Positions 55,520 to 64,000 of a stretch of 64,000 nucleotides of DNA are shown here, piece by piece (position 1 is the stretch's first letter; each line of letters opens with the position of its first letter). The notes under the pieces were generated by a model. The model ran no database searches, had not been told where the DNA came from, and saw only the letters and a program-made list of their open reading frames with translations. Made by a program: the position numbers and the translations under genes. Source of the DNA: Chloroflexota bacterium. GTDB taxonomy: Bacteria; Chloroflexota; Anaerolineae; UBA1429. The stretch lies in the NCBI GenBank assembly GCA_012841405.1, contig DUUT01000197.1, positions 6,400 through 70,399 on the forward strand. Reading direction: 5' to 3'.

Positions 55520-56167
55520 GTGAGGGCTGTGAGAATCTCGGTTCTGGGTGCGACGGGGAGGACGGGGCGTCAGATCGTGGAGCAGGCGCTTCAGGCGGGG
55601 CACGAGGTGGTGGCCTTTGCACGGAAACCTGAGGCGCTGGAGATGGACCACGAGCGCCTGACGGTGGTCCAAGGCGATATCCTCGATGCTGAGCGTGTGT
55701 CCGAGGCCGTAGGAGGGGCCGAGGCAGTGATCAGCGCACTGGGCGCGCAACGCGACTCTCCGGAGGCGATGCTGACGCGTGGGATGGCCAACGTGGTGGC
55801 GGCCATGAAGGAGCACGGCGTGCGCCGCCTCATCGCACTCACCGGCGCGGGAGTGCGCCTCGAGAGCGACCCGGCGTCGCTAGGGCGTACCATCGTGCTT
55901 GCGTTGCAGGGGCTGTTCTCGCCGAGCCCGCTGCGGGATGCCCAGGGCGCTGTCGAAGTGATTCGCGCCAGCGGGCTCGACTGGACCGTCGTTCGGGTGA
56001 CGCGCCTGTCCGATAGGCCCGGCACAGGGCGCGTGCATGGTGGCGCTCCTCGGCTGGAGCCGATCCGCTCCATCCCACGGGCGGATGTGGCACGGTTCGT
56101 GTTGGAGCAGGTGACGGACGAGCGCTATCTGGTGCAGGCGCCCATGGTGGCGCCCGCACCTCGCTAG
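55520..56167 (+). CDS. NAD(P)H-binding (NmrA/BVR-B-like atypical SDR) protein
   Basis: ISVLGATGRTGRQIVEQALQAGHEVVAFAR. Confidence 0.8.
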   Translation: MRAVRISVLGATGRTGRQIVEQALQAGHEVVAFARKPEALEMDHERLTVVQGDILDAERVSEAVGGAEAVISALGAQRDSPEAMLTRGMANVVAAMKEHGVRRLIALTGAGVRLESDPASLGRTIVLALQGLFSPSPLRDAQGAVEVIRASGLDWTVVRVTRLSDRPGTGRVHGGAPRLEPIRSIPRADVARFVLEQVTDERYLVQAPMVAPAPR

Positions 56168-57018
56168 TAGTCGAGCTCCTGGACCTGCTCCAGCTCGATG
56201 GCAAAGTCGACGTCCTCATCGAGCCAGTCGACAGCATCATCCCCCGCGGCAGAGGCCACCCCTGGCGTCGCCGCCTCGCGATGGCAGAGGGTGGCATAGT
56301 TGCAGTGTGCGCACTGACGCACGTCGTCGGTTGGGGCAAAGGCGTCGCGCGGCAGGTTCGCCACCTCCTTGATGAGATCCTCGAGCATCTCCCCGTCGCG
56401 GCAGTACTCGGCCTCCGAGTACGACACCGTCGCCGTCTCTTCCGGAAAGTTGGCGAACCAGTAGAGCATGGAGGCTTGGTCGGGGGCGATGGGGGTCCCA
56501 CCGGTCAAGACGCGCCCCGCAGCGATGAGCGCGTAGAGGTAGATGCGCGTCTGCATGCGGTCGCGAAGGGTGCGTTGCGAGGGGCGGCGTTCTAGCGTCT
56601 TCCAGTCGACAATGACGGCGTCTCCACCCACATCGAGCGCCAGCAGGTCAAAGCGGGCATAGAGGCGATACGCGCCGATGGGCACGACAACAGGGAGCTC
56701 GGCCTCGCGCAGGCCGGAGGGGAGCGCGCACCAATCAAAGCGTTCGACCTCGCGCCACCAGCGACGCAGGTCGAGGTCCTCGTGGGCGCGGACGATGGGG
56801 CCCATGTCGATGCCCACATGCCTACGGGCGAGCCAATGGTGAAAGACGCGGCCGCGCTCCAGGTGTTGGCGATAGGGCAGGGGGTTGTCGTCCTCGAGAC
56901 AGGGCCAGGGCTGTCGGTCGACGTACTTGAGTAGAAAGCGACGCTTGCAGCGCCGATAGGTGCCAAGGCTGTGCTGGCTAAAGAGATAGCCGGGCTGGAT
57001 GACCGGCGATGAGAGCAT
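56164..57018 (-). CDS. PD-(D/E)XK nuclease, Cas4/AddB-type with Cys cluster
   Basis: N-terminal Cys (YRRCKRRF), IVDWKT, QTRIYLY (QxxxY), C-terminal CAHCNYATLC. Confidence 0.7.
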   Translation of the reverse strand: MLSSPVIQPGYLFSQHSLGTYRRCKRRFLLKYVDRQPWPCLEDDNPLPYRQHLERGRVFHHWLARRHVGIDMGPIVRAHEDLDLRRWWREVERFDWCALPSGLREAELPVVVPIGAYRLYARFDLLALDVGGDAVIVDWKTLERRPSQRTLRDRMQTRIYLYALIAAGRVLTGGTPIAPDQASMLYWFANFPEETATVSYSEAEYCRDGEMLEDLIKEVANLPRDAFAPTDDVRQCAHCNYATLCHREAATPGVASAAGDDAVDWLDEDVDFAIELEQVQELDY

Positions 57019-57144
57019 GCTGTGCCTCCCGGGCCCGTGGCCCGTGTAGTGTGGAGTGAACCTCGTTTCTAGATCACAAGCAACGTGTCGTTGCGGATGG
57101 TGCGTAACGGCGCCGGACAGTCCGCAGAGTGGCCTGCCGATGCG

Positions 57145-57219
57145 GGATGCCGTCGCCGCCCCGAGCGTACACGACGGGGGGCATCGTTTGTACGGCGGGT
57201 GTGTCCTCGAATCACGGCC
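57145..57219. repeat. partial/palindromic copy of the MITE-like family abutting nadE
   Basis: CGCCCCGAGCGTA and ...CATCGTTTGTACGGCGGGTGTGTCCTCGAATCACGGCC followed by TA. The terminal base supplies the G of the nadE TAG. Confidence 0.45.
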
Positions 57220-58874
57220 TAGCCGTGATGGAATCGCGCTGCGATGGGCATACGACGCCCGACGCCGAATGCTTTCGACGTGACGCGCAGACCGGGGGCG
57301 GCCTGTTTGCGTTTGTACTCGTTATGATCGACGGCGCGCGCCACCCAGCGCACCGTCTCGGGGGCAAACCCCTCGGCGATGATCTCGTCGACAGAGCGCA
57401 GCTCTTCGATGTACTGATGCAAGATGGCGTCGAGGATCGGATAGGGCGGCAGGGTATCCTGGTCCGTCTGGTTGGGGCGCAGCTCGGCGGATGGTGGTTT
57501 GGTGATGCTCGCGAGCGGGATGATCTCTCGCTCGCGGTTTATATAGTGCGCCAGCTCGTAGACCATGGTCTTGGGCACATCCGAGAGAACCGCCAGGCCG
57601 CCACTCATATCACCGTAGAGGGTGCAGTAGCCGACGGCCAGCTCGCTCTTGTTGCCGGTGGACAGCACCATGTGGCCGAGCTTGTTCGATAGGGCCATGA
57701 GATAGTTGCCGCGGATGCGCGCCTGGATGTTCTCCTCGGTGGCGTCTGGGGCGCGCCCCTCAAAGTGCGGTCCGAGGGCGCGCACGTAAGCTTCGTAGGG
57801 TGCGTCGATAGCGATGACCTTGTAGTCGATGCCCAGGTTGTGCGCCAGGTCCTCGGCGTCCGAAAGGCTGCCCGGGGAGGAGTACTGGGATGGCATGCCG
57901 ACGCCGAGAACGTTCTCAGGCCCCAGGGCGGCCACGGCCAGGGCGCAGGTCACCGCCGAATCGATACCGCCCGAGAGACCGATGACGGCACGATCAAAGC
58001 CGACCTTGCGCATATAGTCCTTGAGACCCAGCACCAGGGCATCGTGTACGGAGGCGATCTCGTCCTGGGGGACGTAAGGTCCGACCGGCGATGAGGTGGC
58101 CGTATCGATGGTGACGATCTGCTCCACGAAGGGGTCGAGGAGGGCGATGGGCTCACCGTCGCCGTTCACGGCGACGCTGCGACCGTCGAACACGAGGTCG
58201 TCGTTGCCGCCGACCTGGTTGACGTAAAGGAAAGGAACGCCGTGGCGCCGGGCGTGGCCGCTGATCAGGTCAAAGCGCGTCCGCTCTTTGCCCACGCTGA
58301 ACGGAGAGGCCGAGAGGTTGATCAGCAGTGTCGCCCCCTGGCGTGCCAGCTCGGTCACCGGATCGGTGTCATACGGAGGGCGCTTGGGCCACATCTCGGC
58401 GTCCATCCAGGCATCCTCGCAGATATGGATACCGAGGGACTCGCCCCGAAAACGAACGGGCTCGACGCGCGTGGTGGCGTCAAAGTAGCGCCCCTCGTCA
58501 AAGACGTCGTAGGTGGGGAGGAGGGCCTTGTAGCGCTGGGCCACGATCTCGCCGTTAGTGACCAGGATGGCTGCGTTGTAGAGCCCCTTACCGTTGGGGC
58601 GGCCGGTGGGCACGGGCGCCCCAAAGAGGATGCCGGTCTGGCCATACTCCCGCGAGACAGCGCGGATGCGCTCGATACCGTCGAGCACGTCATGGATGAA
58701 CCAGTCGCGCTCGACAAGGTCCTTCGGCGGGTAGCCGGAGACAAACATCTCGGAAAAGACCACGAGATCAGCGCCGCCCCGCTCGCGACACGCCGCGAGC
58801 GTACGGATAAGGCGATCAAGGTTCCCGTCAACGTCGCCGACGGTCGGGTTGAGCTGGGCGATGGTGATGCGCAT
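57219..58874 (-). CDS. nadE: glutamine-dependent NAD+ synthetase
   Basis: N-terminal CN-hydrolase domain ([14 protein letters not shown]) plus a C-terminal NAD synthetase domain (GLSGGIDS). Confidence 0.95.
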   Translation of the reverse strand: MRITIAQLNPTVGDVDGNLDRLIRTLAACRERGGADLVVFSEMFVSGYPPKDLVERDWFIHDVLDGIERIRAVSREYGQTGILFGAPVPTGRPNGKGLYNAAILVTNGEIVAQRYKALLPTYDVFDEGRYFDATTRVEPVRFRGESLGIHICEDAWMDAEMWPKRPPYDTDPVTELARQGATLLINLSASPFSVGKERTRFDLISGHARRHGVPFLYVNQVGGNDDLVFDGRSVAVNGDGEPIALLDPFVEQIVTIDTATSSPVGPYVPQDEIASVHDALVLGLKDYMRKVGFDRAVIGLSGGIDSAVTCALAVAALGPENVLGVGMPSQYSSPGSLSDAEDLAHNLGIDYKVIAIDAPYEAYVRALGPHFEGRAPDATEENIQARIRGNYLMALSNKLGHMVLSTGNKSELAVGYCTLYGDMSGGLAVLSDVPKTMVYELAHYINREREIIPLASITKPPSAELRPNQTDQDTLPPYPILDAILHQYIEELRSVDEIIAEGFAPETVRWVARAVDHNEYKRKQAAPGLRVTSKAFGVGRRMPIAARFHHG

Positions 58875-59005
58875 GGGGCCCCAATTCCGCGTAGAGGTAG
58901 ATCACGCGTGCGTACCTCACGCGTGAGTATAAGCGATGATGGCACGCGTTGCCAGTGAAAATGCACCGCCAGGCACCAGATGCTGACGGGTAGCGTGTGA
59001 TCTCG

Positions 59006-59034
59006 TTGACAGGCAGCCGCTGCGGTTCTAGACT
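59006..59034 (+). promoter_or_regulatory. sigma70-like promoter for recJ
   Basis: TTGACA (59006-11), 17-nt spacer, TAGACT (59029-34). Confidence 0.5.
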
Positions 59035-59061
59035 GCGGGCCAATTGGTGGGGGAGGAGGAT

Positions 59062-61455
59062 ATGAGGCGCGTCTGGAGGCCGGTGCCGCCGGTGGAGCCC
59101 TCTACTGCACTACGTGAGGCGGTCGGTGGGCATCCGCTGGTGGCCAGAGTGCTGGCGCAACGTGGGTTTGCCGACCCCAAGGAGGCGCTGTCGCACCTGG
59201 ACCCGGAGCAGTACTGCCCAGCATCGCCCTGGGAGCTGCCGGGCGTGGCCGATGCGGTGGCGCTGTTGCGCGTGGCCATCGCCCAGGGCAAGCGCGTGCG
59301 TGTGTGGGGCGATTTCGACGTCGATGGGCAGACGGCAACGGCGCTGCTGGTGGAGGCGCTAACCGCGGCAGGGGCAACGGTCGACTTTGACTTGCCACGG
59401 CGCAGCGAGGGGCACGGCCTGGCGGAGCGCGCGATCGACGAGGCGCTGCGTGACGGCGTCGATGCGCTGCTCACGTGTGACACGGGCATCTCCGACATCG
59501 AGGTCGTGGCTGAGGCTGGACGGCGTGGGCTGACGGTGATCGTGACCGACCATCACGACCTGCCGCCGGAGCTACCCGCAGCCCACGCGGTGGTGAACCC
59601 CAAGCTGCTGCCGGAGGACCACGCGCTGCGAGAGCTGTCGGGTGTCGGCGTGGCCTACGAGCTGATGCTGGCGTTGCTCAGCGAGCGAGCGGCGGACGAA
59701 TGGCTGCGCCCGCTCGATCTGGTCGCGGTTGGATTAGTGGCGGACGTGGCGCGCCAGGTGAAGGACGTGCGCTACCTCGTGCAGTGTGGGCTGGAGGCCC
59801 TGCGCGCGGGGCAGAGGCCGGGGATCCGCGCCCTGGCGGAGGTGGCGGGCCTGTCGGTGAGCGCGCTAGACGAGAGCGATATTGGCTTTCAGCTGGGGCC
59901 GCGGCTGAACGCGGCCGGCCGGCTCGATGATGCCCGCAAGGCGGTGCGACTGCTCCTGACGCGCGATGCCGCCGAGGCGATCACCATCGCGCGCGAACTT
60001 GAGGCGCTGAACCAGGATCGTCGGGCGCGTACCGAGGCCGCGCTGGCGGCAGCGGAGGAGGCGCTCCACCGGGAGCCGGGCGCGCTGCGCGAGCCGGTGC
60101 TGGTGGTCGAGGGGCCCGGTTGGGAGCCGGGTGTGTTGGGGCTTGTGGCCGCAGAGCTCGTGCGGCGTTACGGGCGGCCCGCCATCGTCATCGCGCACCG
60201 CGATGGCCACCTGAGCGTGGGATCAGCGCGGTCCGTTGAGGGGTTCGACATCCACCAGGCGATTGCCTCGCAAGCCACACTGCTGGTGCGTGAAGGGGGA
60301 CACCCCATGGCGGCAGGGCTCAGCCTGGAACGCGACAACGTCCCTGCGTTTCGCCACGGCGTGCTTGCTTGGGCTCGGCGGTGCAGACCAGCGGGCCCGG
60401 AGCCGCTGACAGTCGATGCCGACATCCCCTGGACAGAGGCTGGGCTCGAGCTCGCCCGCGAGTTGGGCCGGCTGGCGCCGTTTGGCGCTGGAAACCCACG
60501 CCCGGTGCTGGTGGCGCGAGGTGGGGTGCTCGTACGCGTCGACGATGTGAGTCGGCGTCGTGAGACGCGGCATCGGCACCTCTTCCTGGAAGGGCCGGAG
60601 GCGGCTACGCTACGCGTGACGTGGTTCAACGCTGACGAGCTACCTCAGCTGGGCGAGCGCGTCGATGTGGCCTTTTGCCTGGAGGTGAATCGCTGGCGTG
60701 GAGAGGAGCGCGCTCAGCTGCAACTGGTCGATTGGCGGCCCGCTGCCCCGGCACCGCGCCAGGTGGTGGAGATCCTCGTGGCGGGGCGCGACGTGGTGGA
60801 TTGGCGCCATGAACACGACACGGCGGCGCGCCTCCGCGCCCTGCGGGATCGGTTCGGGGATCGGTTGGTGGTGTGGGCCGAGGGTGTGACCCCTACCCCC
60901 GAGGAGAGCGTTACGCGACGCGAGCTGTTCGCGCAACGCCGCGATGCCCTTGCCCTGGCGCTTCTGACGGCTCCGCCCTCGGGCGAAGCGCTTCGCAGCG
61001 TGCTCGCTGCTACGAAACCTCAGAGTGTCTACCTCATGCCGCCCGTGCCGGTGGAGATGCCCTCGGCGAACGTGTTTGTCGAACAGGTGGCTGGGATGCT
61101 GCGCGTTGCGCTGCGGGCGCACAAGGGGGTGATCGATCTCCGGCGCATGGCCGCGCGGGTGGCCGCCCGAGAAGAAGCCGTGATGGCGGCGCTGCGCGGT
61201 TTGGAGCTGAACGGGGTAGTAGTGCTGCGTCGCGAGGGGGGCGTCCTCCGCGCCTATCTGCCGGGGGAGGCCCCCGATGAGGATGATCTCGACACCGACG
61301 GGATGGTCGCCGAATCGGAGGAGGAGCGCAAGGAGCGGCTCGCTACGGCGCGACAGCAGGTCCGCCACGCACTGGTGTACCTATTACGGGAGACGGATGC
61401 CTTTCGGCGGGCGTGGGCAGAGCTAACGGTCGAGGCGTTGCTGGGCGCGGACTGA
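59062..61455 (+). CDS. recJ: single-stranded-DNA-specific exonuclease RecJ with long C-terminal extension
   Basis: VWGDFDVDGQTATALL and VIVTDHHDLP (DHH) motifs, GGHPMAAG. Confidence 0.9.
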   Translation: MRRVWRPVPPVEPSTALREAVGGHPLVARVLAQRGFADPKEALSHLDPEQYCPASPWELPGVADAVALLRVAIAQGKRVRVWGDFDVDGQTATALLVEALTAAGATVDFDLPRRSEGHGLAERAIDEALRDGVDALLTCDTGISDIEVVAEAGRRGLTVIVTDHHDLPPELPAAHAVVNPKLLPEDHALRELSGVGVAYELMLALLSERAADEWLRPLDLVAVGLVADVARQVKDVRYLVQCGLEALRAGQRPGIRALAEVAGLSVSALDESDIGFQLGPRLNAAGRLDDARKAVRLLLTRDAAEAITIARELEALNQDRRARTEAALAAAEEALHREPGALREPVLVVEGPGWEPGVLGLVAAELVRRYGRPAIVIAHRDGHLSVGSARSVEGFDIHQAIASQATLLVREGGHPMAAGLSLERDNVPAFRHGVLAWARRCRPAGPEPLTVDADIPWTEAGLELARELGRLAPFGAGNPRPVLVARGGVLVRVDDVSRRRETRHRHLFLEGPEAATLRVTWFNADELPQLGERVDVAFCLEVNRWRGEERAQLQLVDWRPAAPAPRQVVEILVAGRDVVDWRHEHDTAARLRALRDRFGDRLVVWAEGVTPTPEESVTRRELFAQRRDALALALLTAPPSGEALRSVLAATKPQSVYLMPPVPVEMPSANVFVEQVAGMLRVALRAHKGVIDLRRMAARVAAREEAVMAALRGLELNGVVVLRREGGVLRAYLPGEAPDEDDLDTDGMVAESEEERKERLATARQQVRHALVYLLRETDAFRRAWAELTVEALLGAD

Positions 61456-61632
61456 GCGTGTATTGGGGTGCGCGGTGCTCCTGATACAAGCCGTGCGGAC
61501 TGGATGGCGTCTGAGGCGGTCAGGTGGTGGCGATGCGGAATGGATTCGGGCAGACAAGGGAGGGTGGTTAGCGTGCTGGCGGCGGTGCCGGCGGCGCTGC
61601 TGGAGAGAGCACCGACTCTCAGGGGAGGGAAC

Positions 61633-62619
61633 ATGTCTGACAAAGTGCGCATCGGGATCATCGGGGCTGGCGGGATCGCCCGGGCCCACGTCAAGCGTCT
61701 CATGGATATCCCAGAGGCGGAGGTGGTGGCTTTTGCCGATCCGAGCGAGGCCGCAATCGGGCGTATGCGGACCGAGTTTCCCCACACGGCGGGGATCCCT
61801 TGCTTTGCGGACTACTGTGAGATGCTGGCGCGCGTGCCGATGGATGCCGTCCAGATCAACACCCCGCATACGCAGCACTTTGAGCAGGGGATGGCGGCGC
61901 TGGCAGCGAACAAGCACGTGCTGATGGAAAAACCGATGGTGTGCAGCGTGCCGCACGCCCACGCGCTGATCGAGGCGGGCAGAGGCAAGGTGCTCATGAT
62001 CGCGTATCAACGGCGCTTTCAGGGGACCTATGCCTGTGTGCGCGATCTAATCCAAAGCGGCGCCGTGGGTCAGGTGCAGTATGTGGCCGCGCTGCAGTCC
62101 CAGGGTTGGTTGCGCGGAACGCGGGGCACGTGGCGACAGTGCAAGGCGCTGAGCGGTGGTGGGCAACTCAACGATTCGGGCAGTCACCTGATCGACGTCC
62201 TCCTCTGGGCGACGGGCCTGGTGGCCGACACCGTCTATGCCACGTGCTGCAACTATGATACCGAGGTGGATATTGACTCAGCTTTGGTGCTGCAGTTCAC
62301 CAACGGCGCCCAGGGGACGCTCTCGGTGATTGGCGATAGCCCCATGTGGTGGGAAGAGTTCTCGGTGTGGGGCAGTGAGGGGGCCGTCTTGTATCGTAAT
62401 GGCGCCGTGATGATGCAGCGCTTTGGCGAGAGCACCATGACAACGGTGACGGATTTGCCCGCCGATTCGACGCCAGATCGCAACTTTATCGATGCCATCC
62501 TCGGCCGTGATGCGGTGCAGGTGCCGCCCGAGTGTGGCCTGCGGGTGATCGAGCTCACCGAAGCCGCGTGGCGTTCAGCCGAGGAGGGGCGCCCGGTGCG
62601 GGTATCAGAGCTTGCGTAG
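61633..62619 (+). CDS. Gfo/Idh/MocA family oxidoreductase
   Basis: VRIGIIGAGGIARAHV...EKPM. GGGGAGGG RBS. Confidence 0.85.
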   Translation: MSDKVRIGIIGAGGIARAHVKRLMDIPEAEVVAFADPSEAAIGRMRTEFPHTAGIPCFADYCEMLARVPMDAVQINTPHTQHFEQGMAALAANKHVLMEKPMVCSVPHAHALIEAGRGKVLMIAYQRRFQGTYACVRDLIQSGAVGQVQYVAALQSQGWLRGTRGTWRQCKALSGGGQLNDSGSHLIDVLLWATGLVADTVYATCCNYDTEVDIDSALVLQFTNGAQGTLSVIGDSPMWWEEFSVWGSEGAVLYRNGAVMMQRFGESTMTTVTDLPADSTPDRNFIDAILGRDAVQVPPECGLRVIELTEAAWRSAEEGRPVRVSELA

Positions 62620-62722
62620 GGATGGCACAGGGCGAGGGGACGATGGGCCGCGATCCGGCTCGACCGCAGAAACCTCGGGACCGGAGCATCCGCAGGGAAC
62701 ACTACAGACTCAGGGGGTGGGG

Positions 62723-63787
62723 ATGAACGCGCGGGAAAGGGTGTTGAGCGCACTGGAGCGCAAAGGGTACGATCGCATCCCGGTGCACCACGAGGGGACA
62801 CCAGAAGTCAATGCCATGTTGCGCGACCACCTGGGCGTAGACGATGACCTGGCGCTTGCAGAAGCGCTGGGAGACGACTGGCGGTACGTGCAGCCCGAGT
62901 ACATCGGCCCCGCGTTGCGCACCCACGAGGACGGCAGTATCGAGGGGCTCTGGGGTGAGCGCTATGCCAACGTGCCGTACGGCGACAATATCGGCACGTA
63001 TCCGGAGGCGGTGTTTCTGCCGTTTGCCGAGATCGATGACCCGGCGCAGCTCGACGGGTACCCCTTTCCCTCGGCGGATTGGTACGACTATGCGACGATC
63101 GCCGAGCAAGCGGAGGGTTGGGCGGACTATGCGGTCTTTTTCGGCTCGGCCGGGCATCTGGACTTTATGAACGGAATCGCCCGCTGCCGCGGTGTGGAGC
63201 GCGTGCTGTTCGACGTGGGATCTGAGGATCCGGTGTTCATGCGCCTCGTGGAGGAGAGGTTTCGTTTCTTCTACGAGGTGACGGAGCGCGTGCTCCAGGC
63301 GGCGGGAGGTAGGATCGATATCGTGCACTGCGGAGAGGATCTCGGGACACAGCGCGGGCCGATCATCTCGTTGCGCTCGTTCGAGCGGCTGTTCGAGCCC
63401 TTCTATGCACAGTACTTTCAGCTGGTGCACCGCTACGGCGCTCGCGTGCTCATGCACTCGTGCGGCAGCGTGCGTCACTTTATTCCCAAGCTCATTGGCC
63501 TCGGCCTCGATATCCTCGATGTGGTACAGGTGGCAGCGGCCGGGATGGAGCTGGAGGGGCTACAGCGAGACTTTGGTGCGTACCTGAGCTTTAGCGGGAC
63601 CATGTGCGTGCAGTCAATCCTGCCGTTTGGCACGGTGGAGGACGTGGAACGCGAGGTGCGCCGACGACTCGATCTGTTTGCGGATGGCGGCTTGATCCTC
63701 GGCCCAACCCACGCCATCCAGGTGTTCACCCCGATCGACAACATCATGGCGATGTACCGGACGGCCGGGAGTCTGCGGGAGCCGTAG
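62723..63787 (+). CDS. uroporphyrinogen decarboxylase (URO-D) family protein
   Basis: MNARERVLSALERKGYDRIPV...HSCGSV...ILDVVQ...GGLILGPTHAIQ. Confidence 0.75.
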   Translation: MNARERVLSALERKGYDRIPVHHEGTPEVNAMLRDHLGVDDDLALAEALGDDWRYVQPEYIGPALRTHEDGSIEGLWGERYANVPYGDNIGTYPEAVFLPFAEIDDPAQLDGYPFPSADWYDYATIAEQAEGWADYAVFFGSAGHLDFMNGIARCRGVERVLFDVGSEDPVFMRLVEERFRFFYEVTERVLQAAGGRIDIVHCGEDLGTQRGPIISLRSFERLFEPFYAQYFQLVHRYGARVLMHSCGSVRHFIPKLIGLGLDILDVVQVAAAGMELEGLQRDFGAYLSFSGTMCVQSILPFGTVEDVEREVRRRLDLFADGGLILGPTHAIQVFTPIDNIMAMYRTAGSLREP

Positions 63788-63807
63788 CCGCCACGAAACG
63801 CGAAACG

Positions 63808-63842
63808 AAAAGGGGCATCAGGCCATTGCCGGTGCCCCTTTT
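63808..63842 (+). terminator. intrinsic terminator (A-tract/U-tract flanked)
   Basis: AAAAGGGGCA, loop, TGCCCCTTTT. Confidence 0.8.
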
Positions 63843-63855
63843 GGGTGTCTGCCTC

Positions 63856-63991
63856 GGTCGTTATTGAACGCACCTGGCATCTTGTCGAGGCGGGCGCGTT
63901 CAGCGCAGCGCGGGCCGCGTCGATGGGCGTCAAGGCCCCTCGCCCACGCTCGGGGCGACATCGTTGCGGCGTAGGGTTCTCAAACGCGTCC
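63856..63991 (+). mobile_element. MITE-like repeat, 136-nt variant copy
   Basis: Ends GGTCGTTATTGAACGCACC and ...TTCTCAAACGCGTCC followed by TAG. The central blocks GTCGATGGGCGTCAAGGCCCC...ACGCTCGGGGCGACATCGTT are shared with the other copies. Confidence 0.5.
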
Positions 63992-64000
63992 TAGCTCCCC

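Noticed and set aside
1-64000. CRISPR arrays, tRNA/rRNA genes, prophage, integrase or transposase genes, and toxin-antitoxin or known defence-system cassettes.
   Set aside because: No regularly spaced direct repeats, T-arm signatures (GGTTCGAATCC-like), rRNA-like stretches or recognisable MGE or defence protein motifs were seen. The only mobile-type features are the non-autonomous repeats.

Overview
GC-rich (roughly two-thirds G+C by eye) bacterial chromosomal segment with about 55 protein-coding genes on both strands. I found no rRNA, tRNA, CRISPR array, transposase or integrase. The gene mix (SpoVS, YtfJ/GerW, many L,D-transpeptidases, Gfo/Idh/MocA and URO-D-like paralogues) suggests a high-GC monoderm or Chloroflexota-like lineage; this cannot be decided from the sequence. 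The coding backbone is housekeeping. It includes a complete glycine-cleavage set (gcvT, gcvH, gcvPA, gcvPB) preceded by two overlapping radical-SAM genes that look like a LipS1/LipS2-type two-protein lipoyl synthase. Other genes are pdxA-family, rsmI, ogt, selB, nadE, recJ, spoVS, a thermolysin-like M4 protease, two multidomain L,D-transpeptidases, an Amidase_2 enzyme, a tandem pair of UvrD-like helicase genes, a stand-alone Cas4/AddB-type nuclease, a MutS-related ATPase and assorted oxidoreductases and hydrolases. The non-coding fraction is the most unusual part. (1) A family of 131-173 nt MITE-like elements has terminal inverted repeats. Most copies have TA flanks inside CTAG. There are six near-complete copies plus fragments, and several supply the G of the neighbouring gene's TAG stop codon. 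(2) Three AT-richer non-coding islands each carry a near-consensus sigma70-type promoter (TTGACA, 16-17 nt spacer, TAnnnT) driving about 290-330 nt of hairpin-rich, apparently non-coding RNA. Two end in canonical intrinsic terminators, and two flank spoVS. I could not match them to RNase P, tmRNA, SRP or known riboswitch cores by eye. Three genes are disrupted: a CN-hydrolase, an SDH-family serine protease and an MFS transporter. A fourth, a CPBP protease, may also be disrupted. All product calls come from motif recognition only, with no database search, and start codons are approximate.
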